Made by a program: the position numbers and the translations under genes. DNA of 64,000 nucleotides. Origin: Armatimonadota bacterium (lineage in GTDB: Bacteria > Armatimonadota > UBA5829 > DSUL01). Every line of letters starts with the position of its first letter. Position 1 is the first letter of the stretch. Shown one piece after another: positions 17,322 to 26,028 of this stretch. The notes under the pieces were generated by a model that saw only the letters and a list, made by a program, of their open reading frames with translations, had not been told where the DNA came from and ran no database searches. The stretch spans positions 768,001 through 832,000 of the forward strand of contig JBDHZC010000001.1 in assembly GCA_039811685.1 (NCBI GenBank), given 5' to 3'.

Positions 17322-20300
17322 TCAAGGGAGTGCGGGACCCGCCTCGATCTTGACATCCGTGCGGCCTCTGGGAATCAGCTTCCGGATGCATACACCCATG
17401 TTCGTGTCTGTGCTCATGATGCCGGTGACATGAAGATAAGCGCCCACAGGAATCTGAGCCGCCGCAATGCCCGACATGCTCAGATCCACCTTGACGCCTC
17501 GGTTCAGCTCACCGCTGGCGGAGTGTGTGCCGTCCTTCAGATTGGACCCGTCATCAATCCACACAGCATTCGCCACCGGGTCTATGCCTGTCACAGTTCC
17601 CCACGTCCGAACCAGCGACCCGACATTATTCAGCCCAACGGCGTAGAACACGTCGAAGAAGCTGTCTATGACCGCGGACTGATTGCCTTCAGTCTCACCA
17701 CCGGTTGTCTTGTTATTCATACCGAGCGGCAGGACTGAGGCTTCCCCGTCATAGGCGATGGAAGTGGGGACAACAACGACTTCGCATCCCACGACGTCCA
17801 CTACGCCCTCGACATCAACTTCCATTCCGCCCATCGGGCCAGCCTGCACCGGTCCAAGAACCGCGATTCCGGCGCTTCGATCCGGAGGAACCCCTGGGGT
17901 ATCCGGATCCACATCGCTTCCACCCCGATACAGCTCGGAGATATAGAAGCGATCCGGGAACGCTGCCGTAATGACCTTATTCGGCAGGCAGACCACGGTT
18001 CCGACCGGCAGGAACTTCACATGCCCGATGTTCAGACAGCGCTTCTTGGTGTTGCTCTGAAGCGGCAGCCCGGTCTTACACACGTCAGCGCCGGTAGCCA
18101 TATTGACCGCGCTCACCTGTGTCAGAGTCATGCAGTAGGTACCGTTGATGGTCCCTGGGAGCTTCATGATGTATTCCACCAGGAAGCACATACAGGACGG
18201 ATTGGCCGCTGTCCCGGGCGGCAGAATGAAGCTGCTGCTCGGGCAGATAACAGCCGTGCCGTTATCGGACGGATAGGTTCCGGTTCCGAACACAGGCTCT
18301 CCAAAGTCGGCAACACCATTGCAGTTGGTGTCAGCGATGACGCGGATGAGCGCGATGTCCTTCTTGTCGTTACCCGACCCGCACGCCTGAAGCTGGATGC
18401 AGCCCAGGCGAACATCCTGCGGACACGGATTGCAGATCTGGAACTGGAACATGCGGTTACGCTTCGGCAGGCCCGGCCACCACTTGTGGTTTGGTGGGTT
18501 GTTCGGCCCGGGTCTGATATCGAGACAGCACGGCTCCGGTGACACGATCTTTATTGCGCTTGTCAAGGGAAGCGTGTTGGCGCAGATGGGTTCGCAGTTG
18601 GGTCCAAGGATGTCCGTCAGGACAAAACCATAGGTCCCGCCCGGATTCGGGCACTTCATCATGTAGTAGAAGTTGAAGCACACGCATTCGCCCGGCTTCA
18701 GCGCAATAACTCCATTCGGACTGCACAGGCGCGCAATCCCGTTGTCTGAGCTATATGCGCCCGTCAGTGTTATTGGAGGCGTCTCCGGCTGACCGTCGCA
18801 GTTCCGGTCAATCTGAAGGACGACCGCCGAGATACCAGACTGATCGTTACCCGTGCCGAACGCCTTCAGCATGACTCCGCTGATGAACTTGACATCCGGG
18901 CAAGGATTGCAGATGCGCACCTTCTGCATCAGGTTGAGCGCGGGATCACCACCAGGCGGACACACGAAATCATGGTCCGGCACCTGACCGTTCAGCCCAA
19001 CCTCCAGGCAGCACGGTGTGGTCTCAATAGTCTTGACGGCGCTGCGAATGGGGAGAGTCTCCACACACAGCGGAACGTCACATCCCGGGCCTCCGAGAGA
19101 TATCAGGTCAAAGTAGTACGTCCCCGGCACAACCGGACACGTCATGATGTAGTCCACCCGGATGCAGACGCACTGCCCCGGCTGCAGACAGAACAGCGGC
19201 CCGCCGGTCGGGCTGCAGATCACCAGCAGTCCGTTATCGGCCCCGTACTGGCCTGAGGCGATATTCACCGCATCGGGCTTGCCGTCGCAGTTGTAGTCCA
19301 GGCTGATCAGCACCTTCTGAATGCCGGTAGCGTCGTTCCCGGTGCCGCCTGCGTGTAATCTCAGCCCATAGACACACTGCGTGGTTGGACACGGATTGCA
19401 GACCCGGACTTCCTGCATGAAGTTCGGCGCATTCAGCCCGTCAGCGCTGCACTGGAACGTGTGGTCCGGCGGGTTGTGATCGCCTTTCACAGCAGTCAGA
19501 CAGCACGTGGTCACGGTCTTGATGGAGCTGCGGATGGGCAGTGGACCCGCACACACAGGTTTGCAGTTGGAACCAAGAATTCCCGTCACCGCAAAGCCGT
19601 AGGTCCCTGGCGGGACATTCGGGCACTTCATCCTGTAGTAGACGTTCAGACAGATGCACTCACCTGGCTGCAGAACGTACAGCGGCGCTGTCGGCAGACA
19701 GATGCTGGCTGTGCCATTGTCCGCGGAATAGATTCCGCTGGCGCTCGGACCGTCAATGACTCCGTCGCAGTTTCGATCAACGGCAACGATGACCGAAGAG
19801 ATGCCGGCAAGGTCATTTCCGCTGCCAAACGCCTGGAGACTCAGCCCGTAGACCGGCTGCGGCGTCGGGCACGGGTTGCAGATGCGAACCTGGCCCATGA
19901 AGTTCAGCGGGTTGTTAGGCGTGCAGATGAAGTTGTGATCCGGCGGCGACTTCGGCCCCTTGCTCACCTCCAGACAACACGGCCTGACAACGGTCTTGGT
20001 GGCGCTTGGAATTGGCAGGGTGTTTGCGCACAGCGGCTCACAATTCGGGCCCCCAAGCAGCGCTTGAAGTGTGAAGCTGTAGGTCCCCGGCGGGGCGTTG
20101 CAGTTCATCTGGTATTCGATGCGAATACAGACGCACTGGCCTGGCTCCAGACATGCAAGAGGACCGGTCGCCGGATCACCGCACCAGCTCAAAGTGCCGT
20201 TGTCGGAGCTGTATGTTCCGATTGGCCGCGGCGCGGTATCGGCCTTTCCATCGCAGTCGTAGTCTATACTGACCAGCACCTGCGCGATACCCGTCAGGTC

Positions 20301-21560
20301 ATTGCCGGTGCCATTAGCCACAAGCTTCAGGCCGTCAATGCACTTGTAGGTGTCGCATGGGTTGCAGATACGGACTTCCTGCATGAAGTTGCGCTCCGGA
20401 TTCTGACCGGGAGTGCAGGTAAAAGTGTGGTTTCCAGGATTGTGCGGCCCAGGCTGCACTTGCAGACAGCAGTCTTCCACGTTCTTGCACGCGCTCTTCA
20501 GCGGCAGGACGTTGGCGCAGATGGGCTGGCAGTTCGGACCAAGAATAGCGTCCAGCTCGAAGCAGTACTGCCCCGGCGGGGTCGGGCAGCGCATCTGATA
20601 GTAGATATTGATGCAGACGCACTGTCCTGGCGCAAGGGTATAGATGGGTCCGAGTGATGAGCAGAACGTCAGCGTCCCATCGTCGGCCGTGTACGCTCCC
20701 GCACTGATGAGGGCGGTGTCCGGATTACCATCGCAATCTTTATCAATGGCCACCAGAACCTGCTGAATCCCCGCGACGTCATTTCCCGATCCGAAGGCCT
20801 TCAGAATGAGACCGCTGATAGGTTGCGGCGTCGGGCACGGATTGCAGACCTGCGCCTGCATCATGAAGTTGGGAGCGTTCACCGTGCCGGGCACACACTG
20901 GAAGTCGTGGTCGGCAGGATGCTTCGGACCGTAAGATACTTCCAGACAGCACGGCTGATCGCACTCTACGGTCTTAATGGCGCTCTTGAAAGGAGCGTTC
21001 GGATTACACAGCGGGTACGGCTGACAGTTCGGACCCTGCAGGATAGAGGTAATCGCGAACTGGTAGGTGGCTCCGCACGGGGCATCCGGCTTCAGAACAT
21101 ATTCGATCAGCAGACAGATGCACCGGTCTGTCGTGAGGTAAGTCGCTGCGAAAGGCAGCGTTGGATTACATACGGTCAGCGTGCCATTGTCAACCGGGTA
21201 GCCGCCTGGAACCGTAATAACGGGGTCTCCTGAGTCCGGCACTCCGTTGCAGTTCACATCGTAGGTGATGCGCACAGCCTGGATGTCCGTGGCATCGTTT
21301 CCGGTGCCGGACGCCGTCAACCGGAGGCCGGTAACATTGATAGGCTGATTCACTCCCGGCGGACACGACAAGCATAGCTTGGCGTGCATCATGAGGTTCG
21401 GCTGATCCGGGTTAGCCGGATCAAAATGCCACGTATGGTCCGGCGGTTGAGCCGCTCCTGGCGTGACGTTGACGCAACAGAGATTCTGCGCGACCACCGA
21501 CACGCTGCCCAGAAGCGACAGCGCCAACAGCGCTGTCACAAACAACAGTCGTGCTTTCAT
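17322..21560 (-). CDS. Giant secreted Cys-rich protein with 7 tandem ~160-176 aa repeats and a C-terminal OB-like module
   Basis: Signal peptide; repeats start at CC motifs (minus-strand 5' positions 21479, 20951, 20471, 19979, 19505, 19013, 18530). Each repeat has G.GND, D.(N/D)C(D/N)G, Y..D(N/D)G and C.C motifs; repeats 2-7 also have CNPC. SD GAGGGAGG. Confidence 0.9.
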   Translation of the reverse strand: MKARLLFVTALLALSLLGSVSVVAQNLCCVNVTPGAAQPPDHTWHFDPANPDQPNLMMHAKLCLSCPPGVNQPINVTGLRLTASGTGNDATDIQAVRITYDVNCNGVPDSGDPVITVPGGYPVDNGTLTVCNPTLPFAATYLTTDRCICLLIEYVLKPDAPCGATYQFAITSILQGPNCQPYPLCNPNAPFKSAIKTVECDQPCCLEVSYGPKHPADHDFQCVPGTVNAPNFMMQAQVCNPCPTPQPISGLILKAFGSGNDVAGIQQVLVAIDKDCDGNPDTALISAGAYTADDGTLTFCSSLGPIYTLAPGQCVCINIYYQMRCPTPPGQYCFELDAILGPNCQPICANVLPLKSACKNVEDCCLQVQPGPHNPGNHTFTCTPGQNPERNFMQEVRICNPCDTYKCIDGLKLVANGTGNDLTGIAQVLVSIDYDCDGKADTAPRPIGTYSSDNGTLSWCGDPATGPLACLEPGQCVCIRIEYQMNCNAPPGTYSFTLQALLGGPNCEPLCANTLPIPSATKTVVRPCCLEVSKGPKSPPDHNFICTPNNPLNFMGQVRICNPCPTPQPVYGLSLQAFGSGNDLAGISSVIVAVDRNCDGVIDGPSASGIYSADNGTASICLPTAPLYVLQPGECICLNVYYRMKCPNVPPGTYGFAVTGILGSNCKPVCAGPLPIRSSIKTVTTCCLTAVKGDHNPPDHTFQCSADGLNAPNFMQEVRVCNPCPTTQCVYGLRLHAGGTGNDATGIQKVLISLDYNCDGKPDAVNIASGQYGADNGLLVICSPTGGPLFCLQPGQCVCIRVDYIMTCPVVPGTYYFDLISLGGPGCDVPLCVETLPIRSAVKTIETTPCCLEVGLNGQVPDHDFVCPPGGDPALNLMQKVRICNPCPDVKFISGVMLKAFGTGNDQSGISAVVLQIDRNCDGQPETPPITLTGAYSSDNGIARLCSPNGVIALKPGECVCFNFYYMMKCPNPGGTYGFVLTDILGPNCEPICANTLPLTSAIKIVSPEPCCLDIRPGPNNPPNHKWWPGLPKRNRMFQFQICNPCPQDVRLGCIQLQACGSGNDKKDIALIRVIADTNCNGVADFGEPVFGTGTYPSDNGTAVICPSSSFILPPGTAANPSCMCFLVEYIMKLPGTINGTYCMTLTQVSAVNMATGADVCKTGLPLQSNTKKRCLNIGHVKFLPVGTVVCLPNKVITAAFPDRFYISELYRGGSDVDPDTPGVPPDRSAGIAVLGPVQAGPMGGMEVDVEGVVDVVGCEVVVVPTSIAYDGEASVLPLGMNNKTTGGETEGNQSAVIDSFFDVFYAVGLNNVGSLVRTWGTVTGIDPVANAVWIDDGSNLKDGTHSASGELNRGVKVDLSMSGIAAAQIPVGAYLHVTGIMSTDTNMGVCIRKLIPRGRTDVKIEAGPALP

Positions 21561-21824
21561 TGAAGACCCTCCCTCATTCCACCATAGCGCTACTATGAGC
21601 GCCGGCGGACAATCAAATCAACTTCACTAGCAGACCGTAGAGGATGCAGTCGTCCGTTGCATCATTCATCAGGTACTTCCACACATGGCACGCAGCGTTC
21701 TAGGCCGAAAGTACTAGCTGGTATTGATTTTCACATTCAGATGGAGCGTGAGTCAAGAGTGTCTTAGAGAATTCTTATCAATAATCTCTGCCAGACAGCG
21801 CCCAGACGGTCGCATTGAGGATGT

Positions 21825-22805
21825 TTATGACTGTTTGACGGGGTTGGCGTTGGGGGTAGCGTAGGAGACTGAAGACTCGCGGTACTCTTGTACCAGGACT
21901 GGTGACTGCGTGTCTTTGCCGGTTTTCACCAGCCAGCTAACGTTCCGGCTGGCTTTCTCAGAGTAAATCAGCATAGTGGACGGATCAATCAGACGCTCGC
22001 CCGACCCATCGATTGTAAAGCCTTTGACAGCAGGCAGGTAGCGGATTTCGGGAACAACCGGCACATCGGCCCGGATGAAGTCGCTGAGCTTCTGTCGGAT
22101 TCTGTCACGGTCGTTGGTGAAAAGAAGGCGCAATCTCGCCAGTTTTTTCCCATCCTGCTCAACGAAGCTGTCCAGATAAGTGATTACGTAGTAGCGCGCG
22201 AGGGCGCCGTCGGGCATCGCGAACGCGCTTTCGCCGATCCAGACAGAACCAGGTTTGCCCTTCTGGCCCAGCAGTTGTCCAATTCGGGTGTTCCACTGAA
22301 CGCTCTCCCGCTCAACCAATGCAGCTTCGTTCATCAGCGGATAAAGCAGATTCTTCGCGTCTTTGGGGGCCACCTTCTGCGCAGCTTCCAGCACTCCCGC
22401 GTATCCATCTATGGCCTTTAGTCTGCCCTCGGCGTCGAGATGATAAGTGACGCGAGTGTCCTGAATAACATCGAGCACCGCATCGTTCACGACTTTTCCA
22501 TCGCGCTTCATCTCGTGAGATACGGGCGCTGAGCTGATAACGTAGCCGGCCCCTTCTTTTCTTAACGAAAGGCGCGTGCTGGCGGTGGACTCTTCGGATA
22601 TGTCGGGCGCTCCTCCCGCAACGATGGTTCGTCTGGTCAGCGTCGTTTCGGTATAGGTCAACGGCGTGGGTGGGCTGTAGGTGAAGATAACCTCCGGCGC
22701 AGCTTCGTCCCCAAGCCCGGGCAATGCTGATACAGCAAAAAGCGCAACGGCAATTCCCGTCAAGCGAAAAATGAAACGAGTGTTACTTGAGGCGACCAAT
22801 CGCAA
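21825..22805 (-). CDS. Exported hypothetical protein
   Basis: 326-aa ORF, TTG start with SD GGAGGAG, N-terminal hydrophobic signal, beta-rich body; no family recognised. Confidence 0.7.
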   Translation of the reverse strand: MRLVASSNTRFIFRLTGIAVALFAVSALPGLGDEAAPEVIFTYSPPTPLTYTETTLTRRTIVAGGAPDISEESTASTRLSLRKEGAGYVISSAPVSHEMKRDGKVVNDAVLDVIQDTRVTYHLDAEGRLKAIDGYAGVLEAAQKVAPKDAKNLLYPLMNEAALVERESVQWNTRIGQLLGQKGKPGSVWIGESAFAMPDGALARYYVITYLDSFVEQDGKKLARLRLLFTNDRDRIRQKLSDFIRADVPVVPEIRYLPAVKGFTIDGSGERLIDPSTMLIYSEKASRNVSWLVKTGKDTQSPVLVQEYRESSVSYATPNANPVKQS

Positions 22806-22883
22806 ACTCCTCCACGGACATCAGAACAGCGAGTGCAGACCTGTCTATTATGACGCAAACAGCCAGAATAAAGATGCCAGGGC

Positions 22884-22912
22884 TTGCCACTGTAGAGGTA
22901 AGGGCGTATGAT
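22884..22912 (+). promoter_or_regulatory. Sigma70 promoter for the leader ORF and RND operon
   Basis: TTGCCA-N17-TATGAT, close to consensus. Confidence 0.65.
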
Positions 22913-22986
22913 ATCAGGAACCTGAGGCAGTGCAACACGTCTAGTGTGATGGTGGATCGCCAATCAGCCACAACTGAGCGAAGAGG

Positions 22987-23457
22987 ATGAAGACCCGATC
23001 AACTGAGCTATCCAGAGGACTGGCAGTGCTTGTCGCCGTAATTCTCGCGACGATGACGGCGTCCTTCGCCTCGGCATGGTTTTGTCCGAACGGCGCTCGA
23101 TGTGGCAGCGCGGGATCGGCGTGCCAGACAGGACACGAAGCATCTCAAACAGACGCTGCCCAGGCGGCTGAAGCATGCCCTGCGTGCACCTCGCGCACGA
23201 GCGCCTCAACACCGGAGATTACATCGACTCACAAGTGTGTTCTCCTCCTGAGTCACGTGGGCGACGCGGCTACAGCAGCGGCACGGGCATCCTGGGAAAG
23301 TAACTCCAGCATCTCTTCGCTGGCTATCCTTTCAGACTCCAGTGTTCTCTCGCCATCAGCATATCTGGGCACTGAACACCTCTACTGCACAGATTCCTCA
23401 CCACCTCCGAGCGTGATTTGTCACATCTCGGCCGGACTCTCTCCCCCCGACCTCTGA
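22987..23457 (+). CDS. DUF2946/CutF/CruR-like exported Cys-rich leader protein (candidate arrest peptide)
   Basis: Signal peptide (ASA), several Cys including CPAC, Ser-rich linker, C-terminal SSPPPS...GLSPPDL; directly upstream of a metal-efflux operon. Confidence 0.65.
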   Translation: MKTRSTELSRGLAVLVAVILATMTASFASAWFCPNGARCGSAGSACQTGHEASQTDAAQAAEACPACTSRTSASTPEITSTHKCVLLLSHVGDAATAAARASWESNSSISSLAILSDSSVLSPSAYLGTEHLYCTDSSPPPSVICHISAGLSPPDL

Positions 23458-23622
23458 GCGCATTTCTGCTGGCACAGTAAGAGGCGCCAGGCGCCCTTGT
23501 GCTGGTTTTCCCTACATTCGGTAGCTTACCATTGCTCCCTAGTTGTGCGCCGATTGCTGCGCACGCCCGTCCGTAACACACGGACTGGATAGAACTGTCC
23601 GGCATCAGGCTCAGAGGACTCT

Positions 23623-26028
23623 ATGAGACATATCCAGAGATGGATTCTGCCCATATTAGTGGGTTTGCAGGCTCTTTTGACAGGTATAGCGGCATGGGCT
23701 CTGCCTCAGGCGAAGGCGGGGCCGTACCGCGTCACGCTGGTCACACGCCCCGAGACGATTCCTGTAGGGCAGGCGGATATCGTTTTGTCTATTACCGATG
23801 ACGCCGGCAAGCCTGTCGAAGATGCTGCGGTCCGCGCCATAGCGCGTATGCCAGGTATGCCGATGGGTGAGCGCGAGCAGATCGCAGCGCCCGGCAAAGA
23901 AAGCGGGCAGTACGTTGCGCCGGCCGTCTTTCCCATGGCGGGCGGCTATGAAATAGCCGTGTCCATAAACGGACACCACGGCAGCGCCAACGCAACGTGG
24001 CAAGTGAAAACAGGTCAAAACACCGCACTTTCCCAGCGCGGAATCCCCCTCAATGTGGCCGGCCTCGTCGTTCTGCTCGCCGTCGCCGGTGCGTTTGTTA
24101 TCGCCCGTATGCGCGCTACAGAGCAGAGGGTCTACTGGAAGGGCATGCTGACAAAGCCAGTCGTTACGGGAATGCTGCTGCTTATCGCAGGCGTACTCGT
24201 GGCGATGTTCGCAGTTCATCACTTCAGGCGTGAAGGCGCTATGACCCCCATCGAAGCCCAGGCGATGGAGATGAATACCCCTGCCCCGCCCGGAGTTGCA
24301 CCGGTGGTTTTGGCAAAGGTGGAGCGGCGGACTATTACCAGCGCTGTCCGCTACACAGGGCAGGCCGTGGGATACGTGGAGCAGGACGTGTTCCCGCGCG
24401 TCACTGGCGTCATAACCTGGATGCCCTACTATGCCGGCGACCGCGTCAAGGCAGGACAGCTTCTGGCCAGACTGGACACAACGCAGATCGATCCGGAATT
24501 GCAGGGGCGCGAGGCTGCGCTGCAGGTCACGCGGCAGGGGATTGGAGTAGCACAGAGCGAGATAGACAAGGCTCTGCGGGCGGCAGAGCGGGCAAGGGCT
24601 GAGCACGATGGAGCACGGGCTGCGGTAGCTGAGGCAGAGGCGAATCTCGCAGCGGCGCAACAACAGAGAGAATCCGCTTCTGAGGGGGTGACATCAGCTC
24701 AGGCGGCAGTCACCGATGCCCGAGCGCAGGTTGAGGCTGCGGATGCGGATCGGCAATACTGGCGCGGGCAGATCCAGCGCACGGCTGAGTTGCTGAAGGC
24801 CGGCGCCGTATCCGGCGAAGAATACAAGCGCGACAAAGCCCAGGCAGACACATCAGAAGCCAGGGTCAGGCAGGCTCAGGCGCAGGTGCAAAAAGCTGTC
24901 GCCGGTGTCAGAACAGCACAGAGCGCTCTCCGGGCATCAGAAGCGGGAGTGAAGGCCGCGCAGGCCAGGCTGAAGCAGGCAAATACGCAGCAACAGGTGC
25001 AGCGCGCAAATATTGGAGAAGAGGCGGCCGGTGTTGAGGTCGCGCGCAGAAAACTGGCCCAGGCTGAGGCGACCGCGGCGGAGAGCCGCGCATCGGTGCT
25101 GTCGGCGGCGACAACAAAGAGCTATTCGCGGATACTTGCGCAGACGGATGGCGTCGTCACACAGCGGCTGATCAGCCCCGGCGTCCTGGCCAGCCCTGAG
25201 CAGGCTATTTTGAAGATCGCTCAGATCAGTCCAATACGCCTGCAGGTCAACGTTTCCGAACCCGATATCAGCCGGATCCGGCCGGGAAACAGTGTGAAAG
25301 TGCAGCCGAAAGAGGGCGGAAAGCCGCTGGACACGCGTGTGTCGTCGGTATCTCCGGCGCTTGATCCACAGTCACGCATGGGCGTCGTGGAAGCCATCGT
25401 TCCCAACGAAGATCACCGGTTTCTACCAGGCTCCTACGTAGTTATGAGCATCAACACCGGGCTCACCCACAACGCTCTCACTGTGCCGGTTGAGGCAATC
25501 CAGTACGACAACGAGGTGCGTGGCGCGCAGAGCAAGGCTTCTCAGCCGTACGTGTGGCTGGCGCAGAGCGCGCCCGGCGGCAGCCTCACGGCTCATCGCG
25601 TGGACATTACCACAGGAGTCACAGATGGGCAGTACACGGAGATTCTTTCGGGTCTGACAGACGGGCAGAAGGTGATCACCGAGGGTCAGGACTATCTGAA
25701 AGAGGGTGATGCGCTTGTGGACAGCAGCGAGGCCCCCGCGCAAACGCAGGCGACACAGACAAGCGATATTCAGACGGCGCAGATAGAGGTGCTTTCAGGT
25801 GGCTACAAACCGTCCAGCGTGACATTGAGACCTGGCGTGCGAGCCAGGCTGACTTTTGTGAGGACGTCGGAAGTCGGGTGCGGCACGGAAGTGCTGATCC
25901 CAGCCTACGATGTTGACAAACCCCTCCCGCTGAACAAGCCCGTCATCGTCGAAATCACCCCGCGCAAGGGTGAGTTTCAGTTCAACTGCGGGATGAACAT
26001 GCTCAAAGGAAAGCTGGTGGTGAAGTGA
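23623..26028 (+). CDS. RND periplasmic adaptor (MFP) fused to an N-terminal YtkA/FixH-like domain and a C-terminal cupredoxin domain
   Basis: ARMPGMPM...GQYVA...FPMAGGYEI (YtkA-like); two TM segments; GDRVKAGQLLARLD, long coiled coil, AQTDGVV (MFP); C-terminal GCGTEV...FNCGMNMLKGKLVVK (Cupredoxin_1/CupA-like). Confidence 0.88.
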   Translation: MRHIQRWILPILVGLQALLTGIAAWALPQAKAGPYRVTLVTRPETIPVGQADIVLSITDDAGKPVEDAAVRAIARMPGMPMGEREQIAAPGKESGQYVAPAVFPMAGGYEIAVSINGHHGSANATWQVKTGQNTALSQRGIPLNVAGLVVLLAVAGAFVIARMRATEQRVYWKGMLTKPVVTGMLLLIAGVLVAMFAVHHFRREGAMTPIEAQAMEMNTPAPPGVAPVVLAKVERRTITSAVRYTGQAVGYVEQDVFPRVTGVITWMPYYAGDRVKAGQLLARLDTTQIDPELQGREAALQVTRQGIGVAQSEIDKALRAAERARAEHDGARAAVAEAEANLAAAQQQRESASEGVTSAQAAVTDARAQVEAADADRQYWRGQIQRTAELLKAGAVSGEEYKRDKAQADTSEARVRQAQAQVQKAVAGVRTAQSALRASEAGVKAAQARLKQANTQQQVQRANIGEEAAGVEVARRKLAQAEATAAESRASVLSAATTKSYSRILAQTDGVVTQRLISPGVLASPEQAILKIAQISPIRLQVNVSEPDISRIRPGNSVKVQPKEGGKPLDTRVSSVSPALDPQSRMGVVEAIVPNEDHRFLPGSYVVMSINTGLTHNALTVPVEAIQYDNEVRGAQSKASQPYVWLAQSAPGGSLTAHRVDITTGVTDGQYTEILSGLTDGQKVITEGQDYLKEGDALVDSSEAPAQTQATQTSDIQTAQIEVLSGGYKPSSVTLRPGVRARLTFVRTSEVGCGTEVLIPAYDVDKPLPLNKPVIVEITPRKGEFQFNCGMNMLKGKLVVK

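Noticed and set aside
19461..20657. Long antisense ORFs (also 45763..46932, 59353..60540, 23656..24663, 14463..15251)
   Set aside because: These are shadow ORFs opposite well-supported genes in GC-rich DNA, with no motifs or RBS.
21686..21701. Sigma54-like TGGCACG (also TGGCAT near 12384)
   Set aside because: The -12 GC dinucleotide is missing at the required spacing.
21640..21716. Hammerhead-like CTGATGA between two stems (minus strand)
   Set aside because: There is no GAAA after stem II, so the catalytic core is incomplete.
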